DNA of 64,000 bases from an uncultured Dehalococcoidales bacterium (GCA_964437795.1 CAYTIC010000001.1:86864-150863), one strand, 5' to 3'. Counted from the stretch's first letter, positions 7,673 through 17,127 are shown. Translations and numbers: made by a program. Notes: generated by a model not told the origin, from the sequence alone.

Positions 7673-8938
7673 TTGAGAAAAACACTTCTATTAAGCCTTG
7701 CTGTAGTCATGTTGTTAGCTGGCGCCTGCACCTCTTCAACTGCACGACCGACACCGGCGGAAACACAGATTCCATCCCAACCCCCGCCGGCCACTGTTCC
7801 AGACCAGACGGTAACTCCCGCTTCCGGACAGGAACGGCTCCCCGAGCCAATAATTACCAATAACTCGGTAGAAATTTGTCTGAACAGCAGATATTCTGAG
7901 CATGGCCTCACCGGCACTGCCAGCGACCGGCAAATGTCTAATATTTTATGGGCCGCGGGTAAGGCACCGGTCACCGGGACATATCGCAATATCTATATAG
8001 CTACACCAAAAGGGGAATACTCATACAACCCCGGCACACACTCGCTGAATCAATATTCCGACCAGAAAGTGACTGACTATAATAATATTTTCACCAGTTT
8101 GAACGACAGGGCTTTTGTGATCAACTGCGATAGTAATCTACCCTTCGATACCGGCGTTGCCTATCAGCTAGCTATTCTGTCGTCTGTGTCATTGGGTAAA
8201 AGCAGCGAACCGGCCGTGGCAAACTGCCCGGTGATGACAAGCCTGCACTTTGGCGTACAGGGGGTGAGGGAGTTGACCCCCGAGCTGGTGGCACATTCCT
8301 CCGTGCCGCAAAGCGATCCCGGATGGCTGCCGGACCCATCAACAAATGGCCTGAATAAACTTGAAGATGTACTGGCTAATTTGAAGTATGTCACCAGGTT
8401 TTCCTCGGAAAACTTAACTCTGCAGCAGACATCTCAACTACTGTGGGCGGGCTACGGCTGCACTCCCCATCTGGCATTTGCAGGTCAGAGAGGTTTAACG
8501 GTACCTTCAGCCTCGGCCAGATATTATCTGACAGGTGAAATCTATCTGGTTAACGAAAAGGGAGTCTACCGCTACCAGAACAGGAATCCTAAAACAGACC
8601 TGACAACCGTAGACCATCGAATCGTGCCCATAAATACCACCGACGTAAGGGAACAACTGCGAGCTGCTGTCAGCAGTCTGCCACAGGCGCCGTGCTACAT
8701 AGTACTCTGCCTCCCCAAAACCGGTTGGCGTATCGCGGCAGAGCAAGAGTTTGCACTCGAAGAGGCGGGGTTTGTTGCCGGTAATGTTCTTCTCCAGGCA
8801 TCCGCTATCGGTTTGGGATGCAACTTCGAGACCACCTTGACCTCTGATGAGCAAACGGGCATTCAGAAATTGACCGGTATACCTTCTTCAGACACGCCAC
8901 AGGTCATCATCAGCATAGGCGGATTAGCCACTAAATAG
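7673..8938 (+). CDS. probable lipoprotein with two nitroreductase-fold (SagB/ThcOx-like) halves
   Basis: TTG start 8 nt after the AGGAGG-like caggagga. Signal MRKTLLLSLAVVMLLAGAC followed by a Pro/Thr-rich linker. The C-terminal half has QLLWAGYGCT...GLTVPSASARYYL..IYLVNEKGVYRY, typical of SagB-type nitroreductase domains. The N-terminal half is a weaker copy (SNILWAAGKAP...YIATPKGEYSY). Confidence 0.55.
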   Translation: MRKTLLLSLAVVMLLAGACTSSTARPTPAETQIPSQPPPATVPDQTVTPASGQERLPEPIITNNSVEICLNSRYSEHGLTGTASDRQMSNILWAAGKAPVTGTYRNIYIATPKGEYSYNPGTHSLNQYSDQKVTDYNNIFTSLNDRAFVINCDSNLPFDTGVAYQLAILSSVSLGKSSEPAVANCPVMTSLHFGVQGVRELTPELVAHSSVPQSDPGWLPDPSTNGLNKLEDVLANLKYVTRFSSENLTLQQTSQLLWAGYGCTPHLAFAGQRGLTVPSASARYYLTGEIYLVNEKGVYRYQNRNPKTDLTTVDHRIVPINTTDVREQLRAAVSSLPQAPCYIVLCLPKTGWRIAAEQEFALEEAGFVAGNVLLQASAIGLGCNFETTLTSDEQTGIQKLTGIPSSDTPQVIISIGGLATK

Positions 8939-9025
8939 AACCATCTATGGAATCGTCGTCTCATGCCCCTCTCAACCTCCCGCCGGCTGAACAGATTCCG
9001 GTTTGCCGCAATTATTAAAAATTTG

Positions 9026-9101
9026 TGGTACCCCTGGTGCGAGTCGAACGCACGACACGCGGTTTAGGAAACCGCTGCTCTATCCACTGAGCTACAGGGG
9101 C
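9026..9101 (-). tRNA. tRNA-Arg(CCT), CCA encoded
   Basis: Anticodon stem GCGGT/ACCGC with loop TTCCTAA, T arm GTGCG-TTCGACT-CGCAC, acceptor GCCCCTG/CAGGGGT (G1-T72 wobble). Confidence 0.85.
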
Positions 9102-9110
9102 ACGTCTCCG

Positions 9111-9761
9111 TTAACGCATACGCCGGACCCGGAAACCTTCAGGCGTTATATAACTGCCTTTGCCGGGCTCTTCAGCTGAAGGCTCCTTGCCCTCTCTGCG
9201 AACCGCGACTTCCTTGCCGCCCGTCGGCAACTCGGCTTTGGCCCTGGGTTTTCCGCTGTCCCGGGCTAACAAAACACCCTGTGGTGTCCTGGCCGGACCC
9301 TCGACTGTCTCCTCTTCTTCGGATGGCTTCTCAAGACGTCTCAAGGGCACCCTGCCGTCATCAGCCCTTAACTCGGACCTGGGCAGTTCCCTGGGCCTGA
9401 GCACCCTGCCGGTGCGGCCATAGCCGCGCAGCATCCTATCCTCGGTCACAGCAGGCTCTTCAATAGCAGCAACGGGGGCAGGGGCAGAAGGAGGCGGAAG
9501 CGCGCCGGTTTGGCGCATATCATTTAAGGTGGACTCCAGATCCTTGATCAGGTCGGTCAGCTCGATGGTATCGGCCTCCTCTTCCTCGGAGGCCCAGCTC
9601 TCGATCTCGGTGGCGTAATGCTGTAGTTTGAAGCTGTGTTGCTCAAGCTGTTTGATCCAGTCAGCCAGTTCCTTGGAAGCGTTCTGGATGTCGGGAATCT
9701 CAGTTTCAAGCAAATTCTTGATTAAATTCTGAACCGCGCTTTTTCTCGGCTTTGCAGCCAT
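9111..9761 (-). CDS. hypothetical protein (helical acidic N-terminus, disordered Arg/Glu/Pro-rich C-terminus)
   Basis: ATG at 9761 lies 6 nt after GAGG. No recognisable motif. Confidence 0.4.
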   Translation of the reverse strand: MAAKPRKSAVQNLIKNLLETEIPDIQNASKELADWIKQLEQHSFKLQHYATEIESWASEEEEADTIELTDLIKDLESTLNDMRQTGALPPPSAPAPVAAIEEPAVTEDRMLRGYGRTGRVLRPRELPRSELRADDGRVPLRRLEKPSEEEETVEGPARTPQGVLLARDSGKPRAKAELPTGGKEVAVRREGKEPSAEEPGKGSYITPEGFRVRRMR

Positions 9762-9860
9762 TTTCAACCTCGCTTTAACGGCCCGTACAATGATTCACAA
9801 TATCGTGACCGTAAGAAATTATAACAACGCACATGTACCAATGCAATGCGGGGAGGCAGA

Positions 9861-10118
9861 TCAGGCCTTGCGGACAAACACGTGATACTTGCCCGCAACC
9901 TCCTCAATGCCCAGGAACTCGTTGCCGGTCATCTTGGACCAGTTCGGCATGTCCTGCTTGATACCCTCATCATCAGCCACCACTTCCAGCACCTGACCCG
10001 GCTGCATGATCTTAATCTGTTTCGAAGTATTGACGATCGGCATGGGACAGTATAGCCCGATACAGTCGATGGTTATATCAGGTTTAAGGTTCTGCTTGAC
10101 ATTCTCTATCTCAGGCAT
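9861..10118 (-). CDS. tusA: TusA/SirA-family sulfurtransferase
   Basis: 85 aa. DCIGLYCPMPIV carries the conserved Cys-Pro-x-Pro active-site motif. Confidence 0.8.
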   Translation of the reverse strand: MPEIENVKQNLKPDITIDCIGLYCPMPIVNTSKQIKIMQPGQVLEVVADDEGIKQDMPNWSKMTGNEFLGIEEVAGKYHVFVRKA

Positions 10119-10132
10119 AAGGTCCCTCCCCT

Positions 10133-10339
10133 TTATTTAAGGGGCTTACCGCAACTGTGGCAGACAACCAGCGTTTCCTCCATAATGAGTGCGCCGCAGT
10201 TATTGCAGCGGCCGAAGCTCACCTTGCAGACCTCGCAGAACGGATTTTCGGCCAAAACGAGCTCCACGTCGCAGTATGGGCAGGTGCAGCGGCAGATCAG
10301 GGGTTTCTTTTCTTTATCATGTTTCGCAGGCATGTTCAT
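10133..10339 (-). CDS. small Cys-rich zinc-ribbon protein
   Basis: 68 aa with four CxxC-type pairs (CRCTCPYC, CEVC, CNNC, CHSC). Overlaps the 3' end of iscU. Confidence 0.5.
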   Translation of the reverse strand: MNMPAKHDKEKKPLICRCTCPYCDVELVLAENPFCEVCKVSFGRCNNCGALIMEETLVVCHSCGKPLK

Positions 10340-10754
10340 CCTCCTCCGGTTCTTCTTTATCCGTAAGTCCGGGAATATCGATCTTGTTCTTTATGGCATA
10401 GTCTTTTATGGCCTTGTGCAGAGCCTGTGCACCCAGGTTGGAACAGTGCATCTTGTTCTTGGGCAAGCCCTCCAGCTCCTTGGCCACCAGCGCAGGGGTC
10501 ACGGTCAGCGCCTCCTGCAGTGTCTTGCCCTTGACCAGGTCGCTGACCATGCTGGAGACGGCGATGGCTGCCCCGCAGCCGAAGGTCTTGTATTTCACAT
10601 CCTCGATCCGATTGTCCTTAACTTTTATGTAAAACGTCATCATGTCACCGCACACCGGGTTCCCAATCTCACCTACACCGTCTGCGTCGGCAATCTCACC
10701 CACATTGTGCGGGCTCATAAAATGCTGCATTACTTTCTCGCTGTATACAGGCAT
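10317..10754 (-). CDS. iscU: IscU/NifU-type Fe-S cluster scaffold
   Basis: The three scaffold Cys motifs are present: NPVCGD, FGCGAAIA, HCS. Start set at the ATG (MPVYSEK) 6 nt after AAGGGGTGA. Confidence 0.85.
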   Translation of the reverse strand: MPVYSEKVMQHFMSPHNVGEIADADGVGEIGNPVCGDMMTFYIKVKDNRIEDVKYKTFGCGAAIAVSSMVSDLVKGKTLQEALTVTPALVAKELEGLPKNKMHCSNLGAQALHKAIKDYAIKNKIDIPGLTDKEEPEEDEHACET

Positions 10755-10759
10755 AGCTA

Positions 10760-11944
10760 TCACCCCTTCTGTTCTTTGAGATATTTGGAATACAGTGGAG
10801 ACATCTGTCTCAGGCGGTCTACCACCTGCGGAAGTTTTTCCAGTACGTAGCTAACATCTTCTTCGTTGTTGTCAGGCCCCATGGTAAACAGCATGGACCC
10901 CTGGGCCAACTCGTGGTTGATCCCCATGGCCAACAGCACGTGCGAGGCTTTGAGCGCACGTGAGGTACAGGCCGAACCGCTGGCGGCCGCAATGCCGTGG
11001 CTGTTTAGCAGCATGAGTATGGCCTCGCCTTCGATAAAACGCAGGCAGAAGCTGGCATATCCCGGCAGCCTGTTAATCGGATGCCCCGTAAGGGTTGAAT
11101 GTTCGATCCTGCTCAGTACCCCCTCGATCAACATGTCGCGCAATCCGGACAATCGCTTCATTCTTCCCTCGAGGTCGCGTTTGGCTATTTCTGCAGCTTT
11201 GCCCAGTCCTGCGATAGCCGGAACGTCCTCGGTCCCCGGCCTTCGCCCGCCTTCCTGTATGCCCCCATCAAGCAGAGGCAACAACCTGACCCCGCGCTTG
11301 ATCCATAGAGCGGCACTGCCGCGAGGTCCGTTGAACTGATTGCCCGCCAGGCTGAGCGCATGCACGCCGAGCTCTTTGACATTAACCGGTATGTTTCCGG
11401 CGCTGGCCACGGCATCGGTATGGAATACTGGGCCGTCCTTTGACAGACCGGCGGCTATCTCTGCGATAGGCTCGATGGTACCGACCTCGCCGCTGGCGTG
11501 CATAACCGACACCAGGATAGTGTCGGGCCGGACAAGCTTCATAACCTCGGCAGGGTTGACCACACCGTTAGAATCAACGGGCGCCAGGCTGACCTCGAAT
11601 CCTTCTTTCTGCAGCGTGCGCGTGGAGTTCAACACTGAGAAGTGCTCGATGGCGGACACGACTATGTGCTTTCCCTTTTCGGCCCTGGCCCGGGCGATGC
11701 CTTTGATCGCCATATTGTTGGCCTCCGTGCCGCTGGATGTGAAAACGACCTCTTCGGGAACGCCCCCGATCAGCGCGGCGACCTGCTCCCGGGCGCCCTC
11801 AACAGCTTCCCTGGCCCCATCTCCCCAGTCGTGTAAAGACTGCGGATTGCCGAAAACTTCGCCCAGGTATGGCAGCATGGCCTCCCTGACCTCGGGCAAT
11901 AAAGGCGAGGCGGCAACATTGTCCATATAAACCTTTCTCATCAT
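10760..11944 (-). CDS. NifS/IscS-family (class V aminotransferase fold) cysteine-desulfurase homolog with the PLP-lysine motif substituted
   Basis: 394 aa with family motifs HTDAV, GGIQE, RPGTED and the active-site loop SGSACTS. Where the family has S-G-H-K-x-x-G-P-K-G, this protein reads A-G-N-Q-F-N-G-P-R-G. Confidence 0.75.
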   Translation of the reverse strand: MMRKVYMDNVAASPLLPEVREAMLPYLGEVFGNPQSLHDWGDGAREAVEGAREQVAALIGGVPEEVVFTSSGTEANNMAIKGIARARAEKGKHIVVSAIEHFSVLNSTRTLQKEGFEVSLAPVDSNGVVNPAEVMKLVRPDTILVSVMHASGEVGTIEPIAEIAAGLSKDGPVFHTDAVASAGNIPVNVKELGVHALSLAGNQFNGPRGSAALWIKRGVRLLPLLDGGIQEGGRRPGTEDVPAIAGLGKAAEIAKRDLEGRMKRLSGLRDMLIEGVLSRIEHSTLTGHPINRLPGYASFCLRFIEGEAILMLLNSHGIAAASGSACTSRALKASHVLLAMGINHELAQGSMLFTMGPDNNEEDVSYVLEKLPQVVDRLRQMSPLYSKYLKEQKG

Positions 11945-11989
11945 TCACCACTACAATAAATAATAATGTAACTTCGGTCTATCTGAAAA

Positions 11990-12901
11990 TCAAAGGGCCA
12001 GCATTTTATCAACGGCCGAGAGCGCACGCTCCCGCACATCGGCCGGCACCTTCACTTCCGGCTTCATATCCTCCAACGCCCAGAGCACCTTCTCCAATGT
12101 TATCTTCTTCATGTTGGGACAGACCGCCTTCAACGTTGCCGGGACGAAAGTCTTGCCCGGGTTCTCTTTTTTAAGCCTGTGCAGTATGCCTGTCTCAGTT
12201 CCGATTATCATGACTTTAGCACCTGAAGTGGGCGCATAACGCAGCATACCACCGGTGCTGAGTACCTCGTCTGCGACTTCGGTCACTTCCGGCCGGCATT
12301 CGGGGTGAACCAGGGCCACAGCACCCGGGTACTTCTTTTTCTGATCGATGATATCCTGCGCCTGTATCTTGACATGGGTAGGGCAGAAGCCCGGCCACAG
12401 GACCATGGGCCTGTTGAGCCTGGTCGCTACGTAATGCCCGAGATACTGGTCGGGTATGAAAAGTATTTCCCCTTCACCCATGCTCCGGACCACGTTGACC
12501 GCGTTGGCCGAGGTGCAGCAAATGTCGGACTCGGCCTTAACCGCCGCCGACGAGTTGACGTAGCATACGACGCGTGCCCCCGGCAGCTCCTTTTTTCGGG
12601 CGACCAGTTGTTCCTCCGTAATCATATCGGCCATGGGACAGCCGGACTGCGCATCGGGCAGCAGCACCAGGCTATTGGGAGACAGGATGGAGGCCGTCTC
12701 AGCCATGAAATGCACGCCGCAGAAGACAATTACCTCAGCCTTCACCTCGGCCGCTTTGCGGCTCAACTCAAGCGAATCACCGACGAAGTCGCCGATGTCC
12801 TGTACCTCCGGGCGCTGGTAGTTGTGCGCAAGGATGACAGCACCGCGTTTTTTCTTCAATTCGAGTATCCTGTCGATCAGTTCCTTGTTTTTGTTATCCA
12901 T
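11990..12901 (-). CDS. nadA: quinolinate synthase
   Basis: 303 aa. ILAHNYQRPEVQDIGDFVGDSL plus three-domain repeat features including the conserved Cys residues. Confidence 0.85.
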   Translation of the reverse strand: MDNKNKELIDRILELKKKRGAVILAHNYQRPEVQDIGDFVGDSLELSRKAAEVKAEVIVFCGVHFMAETASILSPNSLVLLPDAQSGCPMADMITEEQLVARKKELPGARVVCYVNSSAAVKAESDICCTSANAVNVVRSMGEGEILFIPDQYLGHYVATRLNRPMVLWPGFCPTHVKIQAQDIIDQKKKYPGAVALVHPECRPEVTEVADEVLSTGGMLRYAPTSGAKVMIIGTETGILHRLKKENPGKTFVPATLKAVCPNMKKITLEKVLWALEDMKPEVKVPADVRERALSAVDKMLAL

Positions 12902-13487
12902 TTCCTTCTCGTACGTACAGGCGAGCTATCTCGATGGCCGTCCTGACCACGCTCACAGCATCGTTTCCCAATGCCACGAAAAGCGGCTCCTTGCCCCAGC
13001 CATCACCCTCGTAAAAAAGGTCCGGCACCCTGCCGCTGCGGCCGGCAAGCTGCTTTATCTTCCAGGGCATGGACTTGCCATCGGCTTTTGACACTTCGCC
13101 CGGCTCCCTGGTACGGTCGATCCAACCGAATGCCAGCTTCTTCGCGCGGGCGTATTTCTTCACGACCTTTATGATATCGTCGTTGCATTTAAAATTTATA
13201 CCTGCATTGACTTCCGGATTGTACTTCCTGGCCTCCATGATCAATCGCGCCATGTGGTCCGAGGCACCCCACTTTGGCAACCCCGAAGCCCTGGGAAATC
13301 CATTTACCACCGTTATCCTGCCGTCAATAGCGGCTGCTTCTGTAGATTTGCCGGCGCCGGGCAGGGCGTACACTATATTGACGCGCACCTCGGGCATGAG
13401 CATAGAGAACTCCCTGCAGCGCTGAAGCCTTTCCACCGCCAGGCAGAGATTGCCTATAACAATTTCAGCTGCATTTTTCTTCTTCAT
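12894..13487 (-). CDS. ThiN-type thiamine-phosphate synthase domain protein
   Basis: 197 aa. MPEVRVNIVYA...AAIDGRI...WGASDHMARLI resembles the archaeal/Chloroflexi ThiN domain. 8-nt overlap with nadA. Confidence 0.5.
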   Translation of the reverse strand: MKKKNAAEIVIGNLCLAVERLQRCREFSMLMPEVRVNIVYALPGAGKSTEAAAIDGRITVVNGFPRASGLPKWGASDHMARLIMEARKYNPEVNAGINFKCNDDIIKVVKKYARAKKLAFGWIDRTREPGEVSKADGKSMPWKIKQLAGRSGRVPDLFYEGDGWGKEPLFVALGNDAVSVVRTAIEIARLYVREGNG

Positions 13488-13490
13488 AGG

Positions 13491-14513
13491 TCAGCCCTCG
13501 ACCGCGCTGAAATAGGCCGGCCAGAACGGGTCTGCCAGTACCGGCATCAGCTTCTGTTTTTTCCCCGACTTCCTGATGAACAACCTGTCGCGCGCAGTGA
13601 TCTCCCCGATGTCCCAGGCGGCTATATTCTTCTTTTTCAACCTGGCGATGATCTTGCTGCTATTTGCAGGGGAAGCGGTGATTATCAGAGTGCCTTCGCT
13701 GATGGAGATCAGCGGGTCGATCTTAAACGCCCTGCAAACGGCATCCACTTCATCCGGCACCACGATCCTGTCCTCATATAATGTCACGCCCAGCTTCGAG
13801 GCTGCTGCAATCTCGTAGACGCCGTTTAGCAGCCCTCCTTCCGTGGCATCATGCATGGCGTGCGCCAGCGGCGCCGCCGTGAGCGCATCCTCCACCACAG
13901 TCATCTGCATCAAATATTTCTTGGCCTTTGTCACGGTGCTCCTTCCCAGCTTTTTTGTCAGTGATTTGGCTGCCTGCCATACCAGCAGTCCGGTCGCTTC
14001 GATGGCCGGCCCCTTGGTCATGATCACGCGATCACCCACCCTGGCATTACAGGCCGGCGTAATCTGCTCCCTCTTGCCTATGCCCATCACCGTGCAGCCA
14101 CCGTTCAGCGGATAGGCAATGCCCGGGTAGATGCAGGTATGGCCGCCGATAATGGCGATGTCCAGTTTCTTGCATTCCTCATCCACCTGCCCCCATACCA
14201 TATCCATAACGTCTTCGTCCGTGCCCGGCGGGAACATCAGGCAGATGGTCATATACCTGGGTTTGACGCCCAGAACAGCTACATCGCTGGCGCAGATGTG
14301 CACTATTGCCCAGCCGAAATAGGGCATTATCACGGGCATTGCGAATGTCGGGTCCTCGGCAATAACCATGACATCGCCGCCGGGCAGGTCGATGACCGCC
14401 GCGTCCACGCCGTGCTGAGGGCCTATGAATACCGATTTGTCTTTCTTGCCCAGCCTCGACAGGATCATCCGGTCGAAAGTGGCCCGGTCCAGCTTGCCTA
14501 CTTCAGGTAGCAT
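13491..14513 (-). CDS. AIR-synthase-related protein (PurM/ThiL/HypE superfamily)
   Basis: Start set at the ATG (MLPEVGKL) 6 nt after GAGGAG. GVDAAVIDL...VIAEDP and the IIGGHT motif are typical of this ATP-binding fold. Confidence 0.6.
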   Translation of the reverse strand: MLPEVGKLDRATFDRMILSRLGKKDKSVFIGPQHGVDAAVIDLPGGDVMVIAEDPTFAMPVIMPYFGWAIVHICASDVAVLGVKPRYMTICLMFPPGTDEDVMDMVWGQVDEECKKLDIAIIGGHTCIYPGIAYPLNGGCTVMGIGKREQITPACNARVGDRVIMTKGPAIEATGLLVWQAAKSLTKKLGRSTVTKAKKYLMQMTVVEDALTAAPLAHAMHDATEGGLLNGVYEIAAASKLGVTLYEDRIVVPDEVDAVCRAFKIDPLISISEGTLIITASPANSSKIIARLKKKNIAAWDIGEITARDRLFIRKSGKKQKLMPVLADPFWPAYFSAVEG

Positions 14514-14584
14514 TACAATCTCCTCACGCGATTTAATGAGATTATAATACATTCGGCGGATCGTTTAATCAACCTGGTTGGTAT

Positions 14585-15256
14585 TCAATTGTTGAGGATT
14601 TCGCCGTCCCTCAGCCGGACCATCCTGTCAGCCCTGCCCGCCAGATCCATATTATGGGTAACTACGATCAGCGACAAACCTTTGGCATTCAATGTTTTAA
14701 ATAGTCCATATATCTTCTCGGATGTTACCGAATCGAGGTTTCCGGTCGGTTCATCGGCCATGATGATGCGGGGCTCGTTGACCAGCGCCCTGCCGATGCT
14801 CACCCGCTGCATTTCACCGCCGCTGAGCTGATGCGGTAAATGGCGCGCACGGTGCGACAGCTCCAGCATGTCCATGATCCCATTAATCCTGTCCTTATTA
14901 ACGGGTTTCCTGCTAAAAAGCAGAGGCAGCTCTATGTTCTCCTCGACAGTGAGAGTAGGCAACAGAAGGAACTGCTGGAACACGAAGCCGATGCTGCCGC
15001 GCCGCACCCTCACCAGGTCGCGTTCTTTCAACCCGGCTGTATCCCTGCCTTCCAGGGAGATACTGCCGGAACTGGGAGTCTCCAGCAATCCTAGCAGGTG
15101 CAGCAGGGTGGACTTGCCCGACCCCGAGGGGCCGACGATCGACACAAACTCGCCCTTGCCAACCGAGAAATCGACGGCCTTGAGTGCGTGCACCTGCTCG
15201 CTTCCCCTGCTGTAGCTCTTGGCCAAACTTTTTGCAGAAATTATTACGTTATTCAT
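14585..15256 (-). CDS. ABC transporter ATP-binding protein (MacB/LolD type)
   Basis: Walker A GPSGSGKST, signature LSGGEMQR, Walker B IIMADEPTGNLD. ATGA overlap with the permease stop. Confidence 0.85.
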   Translation of the reverse strand: MNNVIISAKSLAKSYSRGSEQVHALKAVDFSVGKGEFVSIVGPSGSGKSTLLHLLGLLETPSSGSISLEGRDTAGLKERDLVRVRRGSIGFVFQQFLLLPTLTVEENIELPLLFSRKPVNKDRINGIMDMLELSHRARHLPHQLSGGEMQRVSIGRALVNEPRIIMADEPTGNLDSVTSEKIYGLFKTLNAKGLSLIVVTHNMDLAGRADRMVRLRDGEILNN

Positions 15257-16422
15257 TCCAGGTCGCTCCTCATGGCTTCCATAGGCGTCAGGCGGGCGCA
15301 CTTAACCGCAGGATAGATGGCGCACAAAAGGCCGATCGCCAGGGCGAAGCCGATGCAAACTAATACCAGCATGGGATCAACGCTGATCAGCTCACCTCCG
15401 GGGGAATAGGGGATCACTCCCCGTACGAAGCTCTCCACCAGCTTCGATCCACCCACCGCTACAACCAGTCCCACAGCACAGCCGGCCAGCGTGATAATTA
15501 GCGTCTCGATAACGATCAGCCGTGACACGTCCCAACCGGAGGCCCCTACAGCTTTCATCATGCCGAACTCCCTGGTCCTCTCGTTAACTGACATTATCAA
15601 CGTGTTGATGATGCCGACGGCGCTGATGAAAAGGGCTATGATAATCACTGAGAAGAGCAGTGCCTGTGCCGAGCCAACCAGGTTCATGATCGTGCCCATT
15701 ACCTGCGTCATCGTGACCACCTGTATATCGGGTATCTCCTCGAGCTTCTTCGATATCTCACTTATTCTGGAGATGTCCTTGACCTTGATGGCTATGGTGG
15801 TAAGCTGGCCTTCCTTGCCGAAGATGCGCTGTGCCTGATTGAGCGGCAGGAAATGGAACTCATCGTCCTGGTTGCCCGTGCGCTCCAGTATGCCGACAAT
15901 GGTGGTAGGCTCCTTGTTGGGCCCGAAGTCGAGCACCTGACCGATCTTGAGGTTTTCCTTTTCGGCCAGGCTGCGGCCCACAATCATGACGCCCGTTTCA
16001 TCGTCTTTAAAATACCGCCCTTCCACCTTCCACCAGGGCTTTAAAGCCTTTTGCTCCTCAATATTGATGCCATAGACTATGTGCGGCTTGTCGTCCTTGA
16101 AGAACTGGTGCAGCAGCATGGGGCTGGCTACTTCGATACCGTCTATTTTGCTTACCTGGTCGAGGTCTGCATACGACAGGTACTTCGGTATTACACCGCC
16201 GTGGATGATAAGAGAGGCCGCCTCGTAAGGACAGCCCTTGGGCACGGCCAGCATGTGTATACCCAAACTGCCGAGTTCCCCACCAAGCTGGCGTTCGTAA
16301 CCGGCATTAAATGAGAGCAGGCTGAAAAGGACGGCGATGGCGATGGCCACGCCGGCCACTGTGAGCCCGGTCCGCACATGCCTGCGCATAAGGTTTTTGG
16401 CTGCCAGACTGAATATATTCAA
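15253..16422 (-). CDS. ABC transporter permease, FtsX/MacB family
   Basis: 389 aa. One N-terminal TM, a large extracytoplasmic domain and three C-terminal TM helices, with the FtsX motif ...ERTREFGMMKAVGAS. Confidence 0.8.
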   Translation of the reverse strand: MNIFSLAAKNLMRRHVRTGLTVAGVAIAIAVLFSLLSFNAGYERQLGGELGSLGIHMLAVPKGCPYEAASLIIHGGVIPKYLSYADLDQVSKIDGIEVASPMLLHQFFKDDKPHIVYGINIEEQKALKPWWKVEGRYFKDDETGVMIVGRSLAEKENLKIGQVLDFGPNKEPTTIVGILERTGNQDDEFHFLPLNQAQRIFGKEGQLTTIAIKVKDISRISEISKKLEEIPDIQVVTMTQVMGTIMNLVGSAQALLFSVIIIALFISAVGIINTLIMSVNERTREFGMMKAVGASGWDVSRLIVIETLIITLAGCAVGLVVAVGGSKLVESFVRGVIPYSPGGELISVDPMLVLVCIGFALAIGLLCAIYPAVKCARLTPMEAMRSDLE

Positions 16423-16434
16423 ATAACCACCTTC

Positions 16435-16926
16435 CTAAAAATCAACTTTTGTACCGATCAGGTACACATCGCTGCCCTCGGTGATTACCCTGGCAGTGAC
16501 CTTGGCGTAAGACCCCTTTCTCTGGGGAATTACCAGGTTGCTGGGATTCAAATCGATATAAATGACGGCGTTGCCGTCCTTAAGAGTAAACCAGCACCCC
16601 GACGGGCATTCGCTGGCTATTTTGCCATCCACCACCACGGTCTTTCCGCCGAATCCTTTGGGATCCTGCAGGATGTCCGCGATACGAACGGCCTGCGTTG
16701 AGACTATTGATGGAGGCGCCCCGGTCGATGAAGTGCCATTATCGGCCGCACCGCCGGTGACTGGATTCCCTGCATTACCGGTCGGTGAGGTAGACGTGGT
16801 CTTCGATGGGACCTGCGTGGCGGGCTGCTGCTGGACGGGAGGGCTGATAGCCGGCTGGGAACACCCAATTAACAACGTTGCAGCCAGCAATACCAGCAAC
16901 ATCCCCGCGAATATTTTCATTTTCAT
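16435..16926 (-). CDS. lipoprotein of unknown function, first gene of the ABC operon
   Basis: Signal plus lipobox LLIGC, a Pro/Thr/Ser-rich linker, and a C-terminal roughly 90-aa beta-rich domain with CPSGCWF. Confidence 0.5.
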   Translation of the reverse strand: MKMKIFAGMLLVLLAATLLIGCSQPAISPPVQQQPATQVPSKTTSTSPTGNAGNPVTGGAADNGTSSTGAPPSIVSTQAVRIADILQDPKGFGGKTVVVDGKIASECPSGCWFTLKDGNAVIYIDLNPSNLVIPQRKGSYAKVTARVITEGSDVYLIGTKVDF

Positions 16927-17127
16927 ACATACATCTCCTTGGTCTACGTTAAAGTGAGAACTGCCTATTTAAACAGGCGGCTTGCATAGATATTAAATGG
17001 CCTTAAGGCCTTCGTCAATTAAGGTAATGATATATGGCGATTATGAATTCCGTATGAAAATCGGCCCAATTATTGGTGAAGCCGGAGACATTAAATAAAA
17101 CCCTGTTTTCCTGTATAATCGGTTCGT

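Noticed and set aside
10185-10850. 221-aa plus-strand ORF
   Set aside because: It is antisense to iscU and the zinc-ribbon gene, which have diagnostic motifs. Its translation is low-complexity.
12305-12946. 213-aa plus-strand ORF
   Set aside because: It is antisense to nadA. It is Arg/Gly/Leu-rich, typical of a GC-rich shadow frame.
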